Positions 40,297 through 48,826 of a DNA stretch of 64,000 nt are shown here, one piece after another. This DNA is from Alphaproteobacteria bacterium. GTDB taxonomy: Bacteria > Pseudomonadota > Alphaproteobacteria > GM7ARS4 > G965262615. Under the pieces are notes generated by a model. It ran no database searches. It saw nothing but the letters and a program-made list of their open reading frames with translations, and had not been told where the DNA came from. Each line of letters begins with the position of its first letter. Position 1 is the stretch's first letter. The stretch covers positions 1,344,001 to 1,408,000 of the forward strand of contig OZ253545.1 of NCBI GenBank assembly GCA_965262615.1. The letters run 5' to 3'. A program made the translations under genes and the position numbers.

Positions 40297-41808
40297 TCAT
40301 GGCTCGGCGGGTGGCAGAATGGCGTAATAAATCACATGAGGATATTCATCAATCTTCATGCTCTGCTCCTTGAGATTAAAGCGCGCGATTTCCTGACGCA
40401 CTTCATCTTTGAACAAATCATTTCCACTATGGAAAACGAATAAAGCCCCTTCTTTTCGAAGCAGCTGACCGTCTTTAACCTCCTCTTTGTATTGACGGCT
40501 AGGATACACATCGTCGTATTGATGAATGAACTTCACCTCTTTTCCGCCATAAAGACCCAGCACACCTCCCAATGAAGTAATATCACCAAAAATATAAGCC
40601 ATTGGTGCATCATTGGTTTCTTGTCTCCACCGCTCCACAATTTTTTCAGCCACCACCTGCGGATTGTTAAGGGACAAATAGAGGTCTTTTGTGAAGGGAT
40701 ACTTATAGAAAGGCTTCAGCAATAAATACAAAGCCAACAGTAAAATCACATGGGCACTGTATTTCCGCCACCCCGCTCGCACCAGTGCCACCAATAAGAG
40801 ACTCCACAGGGGATACATGGCGGCTGTCCAATAAAATCTCATGCTGGCATCCATCACGCCTGCAACCACAAAAAGAACGATGAATGGCATCAATGCAAAG
40901 AAACAAAGAAAATGAGTCTCTCGTTTTGTCATGGTGTGAAAAGGATAGGTGAGACGCGTCTTCAATGAGATGAGCCCAGCGAACAGCACGGCAAACAGCA
41001 TAAATTTCGGCTTGGTGATGACTTTCAACCAAAAATTTTCGTCATCATGTCCAGACTTTCCCCACCCCTCAATCGCGTGACTGTATTGCCATGCTTGTTC
41101 TAAAGGAACTGCCGCCACACACGCAAATATCAGCAACGCCCCATAGGGATAGGGCGTGGCAAGATGAGCGCGTGCCTCTTTGTCCATGAGAACCCACAGT
41201 CCCACAGTCACCAACAACAAAGCAATCTGATACTTCACCCAGACTGGCACTCCCATGACGAAGCCCAACAACAACCACCATCGGTGCTGCTGTGCATCGT
41301 GACTCAAAGGACGCGTGGCATAAAAAGTGAGCAATGGAATCAACGCCCAAAACGGATACATCATCACATTATGATTGACTCCAACAAACCAAGTAGATTT
41401 ATAATACTCATACAATCCCACCAACAATAAGGTGGCGGCGAGGGCTTGCACTTTATTTTTGAACAAGACGACTCCCAATTGATAGACGACACCATAGGTG
41501 GCAATCACAAATAATTGCGCCACGACATAATGAGGCAAAAGGAACAAAGGCTCACCCATATGAAGCCAATGGTTGACAACATAGGGAAGATGCGGATGTC
41601 TTTTATCGTGAGCATCTTCGCCATGGAGTCCTATCAGTGAATTCAAAAGTATATCAAGGTCAGGGATTGGATTAAAAAAGGTCGCCATCACCCCCAATGC
41701 CAGCACCTGCAATCCCATGAGCAACGCCAAGCCGCGCCACGGCTTCTGCACAAAAAAATCCAAGAAGCGATAAAGAGGCATCCCTAGGCGATACACTCTT
41801 TTTTTCAT
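40297..41808 (-). CDS. GT-C-like glycosyltransferase, array gene 18 (subtype B2, first transcribed)
   Basis: Paralog with a unique N-terminus; ATGA overlap with the etfA stop. Confidence 0.8.
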   Translation of the reverse strand: MKKRVYRLGMPLYRFLDFFVQKPWRGLALLMGLQVLALGVMATFFNPIPDLDILLNSLIGLHGEDAHDKRHPHLPYVVNHWLHMGEPLFLLPHYVVAQLFVIATYGVVYQLGVVLFKNKVQALAATLLLVGLYEYYKSTWFVGVNHNVMMYPFWALIPLLTFYATRPLSHDAQQHRWWLLLGFVMGVPVWVKYQIALLLVTVGLWVLMDKEARAHLATPYPYGALLIFACVAAVPLEQAWQYSHAIEGWGKSGHDDENFWLKVITKPKFMLFAVLFAGLISLKTRLTYPFHTMTKRETHFLCFFALMPFIVLFVVAGVMDASMRFYWTAAMYPLWSLLLVALVRAGWRKYSAHVILLLALYLLLKPFYKYPFTKDLYLSLNNPQVVAEKIVERWRQETNDAPMAYIFGDITSLGGVLGLYGGKEVKFIHQYDDVYPSRQYKEEVKDGQLLRKEGALFVFHSGNDLFKDEVRQEIARFNLKEQSMKIDEYPHVIYYAILPPAEP

Positions 41809-42740
41809 AATTTTTTCGTTAATTGCGGCAGTGCATCAAAGAGGTCGGCGACCAATCCATAGTCGGCGATTTGAAAAATGGGAGCTTCTTCATCCTTGTT
41901 GATGGCGACAATGACTTTGGCATCCTTGATTCCCGCCAGATGCTGAATAGCTCCCGATATTCCCACGGCAATGTAAAGGTCGGGGGCAACGATTTTTCCC
42001 GTTTGTCCCACCTGCCAATCGTTGGGGACAAATCCCGCATCCACCGCAGCGCGCGATGCGCCGATGGCTGCTCCCAGTTTGTCAGCCAGTTGTTCCAGCA
42101 GTTTGAAGTTGTCGCTGCTGCCCACGCCCCGTCCGCCTGAGATGACAATGCGCGCCGCCGTCAATTCGGGACGATCCCCACCGCTGAGCTGCTGGCTGTG
42201 AAACGCCGACAATTCCCGCTCCCTCTTCCATGAAATGTTTTCAATGGGGGCGATTTTTTTGCTCTCGCCACAGGCATCAAATGCGGTGGCACGCACAGTC
42301 AGCACGATTTTTTTGTCACGGACGCGCAAAGTCTCCAACGCATTGCCGGCATAAATGGGACGCACAAAGACATCTTTGTCCTCAATGGCAATGACATCAG
42401 ACAACGGCTGCACATTCAACAAAGCGGCAAAACGCGGCATGATGTTCTTGCCAAAACTGGTAGCCGCCGCCACGAATCCCTCATAGTCGGACGCCATAGA
42501 CATCATGACATCGGTCACATCCTCCGCCAGAGGATGCTCAAAACACTCATGAGAAACACACACAACGCGGGCAACGCCGTCCAGAGAGGCGGCACTCCGA
42601 GCAACCCGCTCCAACTGCTGATGCCCGAGAAGCAACAAGGTGACATCCCCGCGCTGCCACGAACACGCCGCCGTCACAGCACGGCGACTGGCATCACTGA
42701 GCTCATTGCCCGTTATTTCCCCACAGACGAGAACGCTCAT
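41805..42740 (-). CDS. etfA: Electron transfer flavoprotein alpha subunit
   Basis: [33 protein letters not shown]. Confidence 0.97.
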   Translation of the reverse strand: MSVLVCGEITGNELSDASRRAVTAACSWQRGDVTLLLLGHQQLERVARSAASLDGVARVVCVSHECFEHPLAEDVTDVMMSMASDYEGFVAAATSFGKNIMPRFAALLNVQPLSDVIAIEDKDVFVRPIYAGNALETLRVRDKKIVLTVRATAFDACGESKKIAPIENISWKRERELSAFHSQQLSGGDRPELTAARIVISGGRGVGSSDNFKLLEQLADKLGAAIGASRAAVDAGFVPNDWQVGQTGKIVAPDLYIAVGISGAIQHLAGIKDAKVIVAINKDEEAPIFQIADYGLVADLFDALPQLTKKL

Positions 42741-43492
42741 AACACTTTTGCCTTGTTTTTCAATTGGTCAATCAATTCATCCACATCCTTGACCATCATT
42801 CCCGCCGCCCGTGATGATGGCTCACGCACCGCCAACCGCTCCCAGTGTTGCTCAATGGCAACGCCCAATTCCTCACACGACACAGACGCTATGGGTTTTC
42901 GTTTTGCCTGCATGATATGAGGCAACGAGGCATAGCGCGGGGTGTTCAGGCGCAAGTCGGTGGTGACCACCGCAGGCAGAGGGCATTGCAGAGTCTCCAG
43001 TCCGCCATCTATTTCGCGCGTTGCCAAGATGGTTTGGTCTTGCACCTCCAATTGAGAGACGAAGGTTGCCTGTGCCCATTGCAGCAGGGCGGCGAGCATT
43101 TGCCCGCATTGATTGCAGTCATCATCAATGGCTTGCTTGCCCATAACCACCAATTGAACATCTTCCCTGCCCACCACTTCTTTCAGCAAACGCGCCACCT
43201 GCAAAGGCTCGCAATCATTCTCCTGGTCATACACCACATGAACGGCGCGATCGCATCCCATCGCCATTGCCTGACGCAATGTCTCTTGTGCGGCGGCTGT
43301 GCCAATGGTGACGGCAATGACCTCAGAGGCGATGGATTTCTCCTTGAGGCACACGGCTTCCTCAACGGCAATTTCATCAAACGGGTTCATGCTCATTTTG
43401 ACATGGTCGGTCTCAACGCCGCTCTGGTCGGCGCGCACACGAATATGCACATTGTAATCAATGACTCGTTTGACGGGAACAAGAACTTTCAT
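42737..43492 (-). CDS. etfB: Electron transfer flavoprotein beta subunit
   Basis: KRVIDYNV, MNPFDEIAVEEA, GKQAIDDD, PRYASL. Confidence 0.97.
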   Translation of the reverse strand: MKVLVPVKRVIDYNVHIRVRADQSGVETDHVKMSMNPFDEIAVEEAVCLKEKSIASEVIAVTIGTAAAQETLRQAMAMGCDRAVHVVYDQENDCEPLQVARLLKEVVGREDVQLVVMGKQAIDDDCNQCGQMLAALLQWAQATFVSQLEVQDQTILATREIDGGLETLQCPLPAVVTTDLRLNTPRYASLPHIMQAKRKPIASVSCEELGVAIEQHWERLAVREPSSRAAGMMVKDVDELIDQLKNKAKVL

Positions 43493-43504
43493 GACATTTA
43501 TTGA

Positions 43505-44074
43505 CTATTGACGGTTTTGCGAGGGTTGCCACAAGATGTCATCGGCTCCCTTGCCATTGAGGAGGCGGGCAAAAACAAAAAGATGGTCCGACAAGCGATT
43601 GAGATAAATAACCGTCTGCTGATTGATGGTGTCATCGGAACGGCGCAATTCATGTGCCAACGATTCGGCTCGTCTGACGATGGTGCGTGCCGAATGAAGC
43701 CATGCCGATGCCTCCGAGCCACCGGGCAAAATGAACGACCGCAAAGGGTGCAGTTGGTCGTTCATGGTGTCTATTTCTTGCTCTAGTCTTTGCACATAGG
43801 ATTCATCAATGCGCGGACAAGTCTCTTGCGATTGGACGGGCGTTGCCAAGTCAGCCCCCACATCAAAGAGGTCATTTTGAATGGCGGCGATGATGTTTTG
43901 TTCCTGAGGCAGATGATTCATAGAGCAACGCGCCAATCCCAGTGTGGCATTGGCTTCATCAATGGCGGCAAAGGTGCGAATGCGAGGGTGATCTTTTGGG
44001 ACGCGCGTGCCATTGGCAAGGGAAGTCTCTCCTCCGTCACCGCCTTTGGTGTAGATTTTATCCAGCTTCACCAT
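43505..44074 (-). CDS. ATP:cob(I)alamin adenosyltransferase (PduO type)
   Basis: IYTKGGDGGET, QNDLFDVGADL, SFILPGG, YLNRLSD. Confidence 0.93.
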   Translation of the reverse strand: MVKLDKIYTKGGDGGETSLANGTRVPKDHPRIRTFAAIDEANATLGLARCSMNHLPQEQNIIAAIQNDLFDVGADLATPVQSQETCPRIDESYVQRLEQEIDTMNDQLHPLRSFILPGGSEASAWLHSARTIVRRAESLAHELRRSDDTINQQTVIYLNRLSDHLFVFARLLNGKGADDILWQPSQNRQ

Positions 44075-44304
44075 GATGTCATCATCATATGAACGGCGAA
44101 AGCAATGATGGCAGCCAGTTGCAAGGCAACACGCCAGCGCATGAATTTCTGGCTATAGGCACGACTCACTTCACCACCCCGCGCCATGACCACCAACCCA
44201 GCCGCGAGCACCATCAGCACGGCGACAGACAACACAAGAGTCAGCCACGATAACGAGGTCACAGGATTTAAGATGTTCCTTTTTTCTGTCCTGATGTCAT
44301 CCAA
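44068..44304 (-). CDS. HIG1-like twin-transmembrane small protein
   Basis: GLVVMARGG..SQKFMRWRVALQ. Confidence 0.85.
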   Translation of the reverse strand: MDDIRTEKRNILNPVTSLSWLTLVLSVAVLMVLAAGLVVMARGGEVSRAYSQKFMRWRVALQLAAIIAFAVHMMMTSW

Positions 44305-44972
44305 GCGATGGTGCCGCCCGCCATGATGGCAGCAAACAGCTGCACGGCAACATACAGAACGGATGAATCGGGATTAATTCCCGCCATAGACGATGTGAAG
44401 ATGCGTCCAAAAGTCACGGCGGGATTCATAAAGCCTGCCGAAGGGGAGCTGATAATTGCCGCACTCACAAACAGTCCTGCCGCCAACGCCGTGCGGGACG
44501 GATTATTCTGAATGGTGGATACCAGCACCAACATGAACAGATAGGTAAAGACACCCTCCGCGATCAGCACCGCATTGGATGAGCGATCAATGCCTGAGAT
44601 GGACAGCAAGTGAGTCGTTTCAAAGCTGACAAAAGTGGTGAACATCATGTGAGCCAGCAGCACCCCAACCGCCGCACCGGCACATTGTGCCACCAGATAA
44701 AAAGGCAACTCGTAGAACGGCAAGGAGCGTCTGAACACCATCACCACCGACAAGGCGGGATTAAAATGAGCATCCGCTATGGGCGAAAAGATGGCAATCA
44801 AAGCAAAAAGGGCAAAACCCACCGCCATGGCATGCACCAGCAATGCCAAAAGGCTCAGCTGCGGCTCATACTGAACCACCAACAAAGCGGAAGCAACGAT
44901 GGCAATCAAGAGCCCCGCCGTTCCTAAAAATTCAGCGACTGTGCGCTTTATCAACGATAATCTCATGGTCAA
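44268..44972 (-). CDS. MIP/aquaporin family channel
   Basis: AEFLGT, two NPA motifs (HFNPA, FMNPA). Confidence 0.9.
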   Translation of the reverse strand: MTMRLSLIKRTVAEFLGTAGLLIAIVASALLVVQYEPQLSLLALLVHAMAVGFALFALIAIFSPIADAHFNPALSVVMVFRRSLPFYELPFYLVAQCAGAAVGVLLAHMMFTTFVSFETTHLLSISGIDRSSNAVLIAEGVFTYLFMLVLVSTIQNNPSRTALAAGLFVSAAIISSPSAGFMNPAVTFGRIFTSSMAGINPDSSVLYVAVQLFAAIMAGGTIAWMTSGQKKGTS

Positions 44973-45089
44973 TCTCCTTCACTTCTCGTTCGTTTGAGAC
45001 GATGTTTTATAAAACACTGATGGCATATCGTCAAGGGATATATGACGGTGCAGCTGGACAACACACTTATCCCTTGTCATAGTTTTTCC

Positions 45090-45737
45090 ATGACTCAAGC
45101 GGTTATTCAGGCGGTGATTTTTGACCTAGACGGCACACTGCTGGATTCTGCCGCCGATTTGACGGCGGCATTGAATCATGTGCTGCGGCGTGAGGGCAGG
45201 CAGTCGTTGTCACTGGCACAGACGCGTCCGTTGGTGGGCGGTGGCGCTGAGCCGTTGTTGCGCAAGGCATTGTCGTTGTCTGACGATGAGCCTTGCGATG
45301 ATTTGATCAAGCACTTTCTTGATTATTACGAAGCCCATCTGGTGGATGAATCCACCCTCTATGAGGGCACACTGCCATTGCTTGCGGCATTGCGGTCTCG
45401 TTCCATCAAGGTTGGCTTATGCACCAACAAGCCGCTTCATTTGACCACACGCATCACGGCGGCATTGGGTCTGGATGATTTTCTGGACGGCACTGTCGCT
45501 TATGAGGTGGGTGGCACGCGCAAGCCAGACCCCGCTCATTTGCAAAAAGCTCTGGGTCTTCTGGGCGTGACGGCGGACACCGCCATGCTGGTGGGGGACT
45601 CCATGAGCGATGTGCTCGCCGCCGAGGCATTGGGCGTTGCCATGATTTTTGCCAGCTACGGCTATGGCTCATTGGATGAGGGGGCACGCGTCACCCACAC
45701 CATTGGTCATGTGGGCGAGGTGTGCCATGTGCTTTAG
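45090..45737 (+). CDS. gph: Phosphoglycolate phosphatase-like HAD hydrolase
   Basis: FDLDGTLLDSA, CTNKP, KPDP, VGDS. Confidence 0.85.
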   Translation: MTQAVIQAVIFDLDGTLLDSAADLTAALNHVLRREGRQSLSLAQTRPLVGGGAEPLLRKALSLSDDEPCDDLIKHFLDYYEAHLVDESTLYEGTLPLLAALRSRSIKVGLCTNKPLHLTTRITAALGLDDFLDGTVAYEVGGTRKPDPAHLQKALGLLGVTADTAMLVGDSMSDVLAAEALGVAMIFASYGYGSLDEGARVTHTIGHVGEVCHVL

Positions 45738-46312
45738 GCGTGCCCACTGGTGTGGCTCATGTTCATGATGTTGAATCCCGTCTGTTGCAGTGCTTTGTTC
45801 CATTTATCTTTTGCGCCATCGGCAAAGATGAGGTGTTCATCGGCGGGGATGTGAATCCAAGCGATTTGTTCAATTTCGCTTTCCAGCTGCCCGCCGTCCC
45901 AGTGAGCAAAGCCCAAAGCCACCAGCACTTTGGCAGGACCCTTGCCGTGAGCGATATCACGAATGATGTCGGTGTGGGCGGTCATGGAAATGGTTGATTG
46001 GCAGGACACGGTGGATTCAATGGTGTAATCGTTGGTGTGCAGGGCAAATCCGCGATTGGGCTCAAGGGGCCCGCCGTTGTGAATGATGGGTGACGGCGTG
46101 ATGGGCGATGATGCCTCAATGTCCAGTTGCGCCAGCAGTTGAGCAAAGGTGACGCTGTTGCTGGGCTTGTTCACCACCAATCCCATTGCCCCCTTGATGC
46201 CGTGCTCAAGCATGTAAATGAGGCTATGGCGAAAGCGGCGATCGCTCATCTGCGGCGTGGCAATCAGCAGCTGACCTGCCAATCCGTCGGCGATGTCTGG
46301 GCGCGTGGTCAT
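45734..46312 (-). CDS. YqgE/AlgH family protein
   Basis: LLIATPQMSD, GAMGLVVN, GGP, W.GGQLESEI. Confidence 0.92.
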   Translation of the reverse strand: MTTRPDIADGLAGQLLIATPQMSDRRFRHSLIYMLEHGIKGAMGLVVNKPSNSVTFAQLLAQLDIEASSPITPSPIIHNGGPLEPNRGFALHTNDYTIESTVSCQSTISMTAHTDIIRDIAHGKGPAKVLVALGFAHWDGGQLESEIEQIAWIHIPADEHLIFADGAKDKWNKALQQTGFNIMNMSHTSGHA

Positions 46313-46367
46313 GGCTCATCTATAGCACGAATGAAGTGCTTCATACAGAGATATTTTTGCGTTTGCG

Positions 46368-46454
46368 ATGTCGGGTTGGCGCGGGGGTGTCTCAAGACCA
46401 CGCGAGCAAGACGAGCCTGCCGTAAGGTTTTGTATTAGGCGAGAAGCCCGACAT
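46368..46454 (-). ncRNA. C4-antisense-like structured RNA, copy 3
   Basis: ATGTCGGG...CCCGACAT terminal stem; AATACAAAACC core. Confidence 0.5.
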
Positions 46455-46578
46455 AAAGTCGGTCTCTGTATTTTCTTGCCCTTCTACTTTATGCCAAAAG
46501 ACACCAAAAAACAAGGCTACTTGCTTCCTAGACATATCATGCTTATTGTTCCATATTGGGTGCAGGAGTTTTGTTATC

Positions 46579-48253
46579 ATGGATTATAGTGACAGAGAAC
46601 AGCTTCAAAGGGCGGCAGATGGCGGTGATGCCAAAGCAATGTTTTGGCTGGGAATCAATCTTCTTAATGAGAATTTCAAGAAGGCATACGCTTGGCTTGA
46701 AAAATCTGCCCAAAAAGGAAATACCAATGCCCTCAATGTTCTTGGAATCATATACGCGCAAGGTTGGCACTTTGCAGTAGATGAGAAAAAAGCTGAAGGA
46801 TTTCTCTTGAAGGCTGCCAACGAAGGGAATGACGCAGCTCAGGTCAATCTCGCCGATATGTATCGTAAAAGCATGGGAGATATGAAAAACACAGCAGAAG
46901 CCGTCCGTTGGTACAAAAAGGCTATTAAACAAGGGTCTTCCGATGCTCTATTTAAACTTGGCGATATGTACCATAAGGGCGATGGCGTTGAGCAAAGTGA
47001 CAAGGAAGCCTGCAAGCTTTTTTCGCAAGCCGCCGAACAGGGGCATGCTCAAGCCCAATTTGAGCTTGGCAACATGTATCTTGAAGGCAAAGTCGTTGAA
47101 GAAGAAAATGCAAATTACTAAAAAAAGTGCAGAAAAAGCCCTCAAATTGCATCGCAAGGCTTATGAAAGTGGCATTGAACAGGCTTTCACAAATTATCTT
47201 GTTTTAGACTCCTTTGATAAAGAGGGTTTGCCACTGGATGATTGTAATGAAGTGATTGACCTTGTGAAAAAGCTAAATGTTAAAGTTTTAGAGATTTTGC
47301 AAAAGCGTCATAATGTTAAAAATAAATTGAACGCAGATGAAGCTCTTGAAGTGTGTCATTACACGAAATACAAACACTTGAAGAATATGTTGAAAGGTGC
47401 GGATGAAAATCATCTGCGAATGTATAATGTGCGCTATTGCAATGATCCCACCGAAGGTAATTATTTCTTTGGCAAGGCAAACCTAAACAGCTCTTTAGGT
47501 TATTTTGCCCAAGAGAGAAAAAATCACACTCAATTATCAGAAAACCCTCTTGCATCAACCTATATTCTGTCTCTGTGCGATATCACTAATAAAGATCAAG
47601 AAAAACGAGAAATACCCAACTTATGGAGTGTGCATGGTGATGGTGCGCGCGGTGTATGCCTCACTTTTGATATTCCCGCAACAAGTCTCAGCGATCCCAG
47701 CACACAAGATACCACTGCAGCGGCAATTGCTGCCGCCACTGCGGCGGCAATTGCCGCGGAAACCTCCACAACTGATAAAACCATTGATTCATCAATGACC
47801 GTCTATCGCATCCTCTACAAAAAGAGTGAGCGTGATCAAACAATGGCTGATTTAGAAGGAGAATTAAAAGACATTGAAGATGTTATTAAACGCAATACGC
47901 AATACAAAGAGGTATTGGTGCAATTGGTTTTGGCGGTTTTGGGCTTGCTTCCCTATCTCTACAAGGATGAATCCTATGCCTATGAGGATGAGTGTCGCAT
48001 CATTCGCAATTTTATTCCCGATGACGACCGACTCAAAACCGATGACAACGACCACCTCTATTGGCAAACGCCGCTGGGATTGCTACGAGAGGTGACCATT
48101 GCTGGCAAGAAAAAAAATCAATGCACCATTATTCTGGGCTATGGCATGGGCGACAACGCAGGAGCAAGAGACTACATCAAAAATCGCCTACGGCGCATCA
48201 GCAAAGAAGACCAGCTTCTGCCATCGGTTGTCTTTTCTCGCCTGCGTTATTGA
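46579..48253 (+). pseudogene. Sel1-repeat + DUF2971-like protein, split by a +1 insertion near 47119
   Basis: Five Sel1 repeats end at TAC TAA (47121); the next frame continues KKSAEKAL... and is collinear with the intact paralog at 50170-52320. Confidence 0.75.
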
Positions 48254-48297
48254 GCGCGCCCTAGCATACGCCATTCCAATGGTGCAAGACTGATTTC

Positions 48298-48349
48298 ATC
48301 ACCGGCGAGACCATGGCAATCAACGGCGGACAATACATGGACTAAGTGA
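48298..48349 (+). repeat. Perfect 52-bp inverted copy of the phbB 3' end (52322-52373)
   Basis: ATCACCGGCGAGACCATGGCAATCAACGGCGGACAATACATGGACTAAGTGA occurs at both sites. Confidence 0.95.
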
Positions 48350-48358
48350 TTGTGTGCT

Positions 48359-48471
48359 GTCGGGCTGGCGTGGGGGTGTCCCAAGACCACGCGAGCCCCA
48401 ATACAACAAAAGGCTCTCGCTTATTTCCCTATCTCAACGATTCGGGTTTTGTATTGAGCAAGCAACCCGAC
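48359..48471 (-). ncRNA. C4-antisense-like structured RNA, copy 4
   Basis: GTCGGG...CCCGAC stem, AATACAAAACCC..GGGAAATAAG; ~39 bp nearly identical to copy 3. Confidence 0.55.
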
Positions 48472-48570
48472 GCGCACCGTCAGCGGTGCGGTGGTGTTTC
48501 GCTTGCTTCTTGATATGTGATGAGTGTCATGATGACCTCCGTTGATTTGTTTCGCTGTGTCCCAGCTCGC

Positions 48571-48653
48571 GCCGGGCTTTGCGAAAGCTGCCAACGGGTC
48601 AGCTCCTGCTTATTTCCCACCAAGTGGGTGTTGTATTTAGCAAGAAGCCCGAC
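48571..48653 (-). ncRNA. C4-antisense-like structured RNA, copy 5
   Basis: GTCGGGCTTCTTGCT-AAATACAACA-CCCAC/GTGGG-AAATAAGCAGG-AGCTG/CAGCT-TTCGC-AAAGCCCGGC three-stem fold. Confidence 0.6.
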
Positions 48654-48743
48654 TCATGCCAAAGCATGAGCCAGACCGTTGGCTGACTTTACGCCTCTCT
48701 ACTTTATGGCAAAAGGCATCATAAAACAAGATTTTTTATAAGC

Positions 48744-48826
48744 ATCGGGCTTTGCGAAAGCTGCCCAATGGTCAGCTCCTGCCTATTTCCCACGAAGTGG
48801 GTGTTGTATTGAGCAGGAAGCCCGAC
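48744..48826 (-). ncRNA. C4-antisense-like structured RNA, copy 6
   Basis: Near-identical to copy 5 with a different third-loop sequence; abuts the purB stop codon. Confidence 0.6.

Larger units (their letters stand above)
14889..41808 (-). repeat. Tandem array of 18 paralogous GT-C-like membrane protein genes (~1.5 kb unit)
   Basis: All 18 ORFs share DFFVxKP, xPP, NH(N/D)/NQD and the C-terminal I(D/N)xxPxVIxYAIxPP motif; spacers are 1-3 bp, except 11 bp before gene 3. Confidence 0.97.

Noticed and set aside
15051-41430. Recurrent plus-strand and alternate-frame ORFs in the array (e.g. 15324-16664, 36529-37302)
   Set aside because: Shadows of the repeated sense genes; inconsistently interrupted between copies and without recognisable motifs.
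14889-41808. Array as a pure assembly artefact
   Set aside because: Every copy differs substantially and keeps an open frame; only local order or chimeras could be artefactual, which needs long reads to test.
14889-41808. Phase variation by homopolymer tracts or a DGR/shufflon mechanism
   Set aside because: Runs are short (about 7) and in frame; all genes share one orientation; no reverse transcriptase, invertase or template repeat seen.
47712-47759. 24-bp tandem duplication with a GCGGCAATTGCYGC palindrome
   Set aside because: In-frame Ala-rich linker expansion; no evidence for a DNA-level function.
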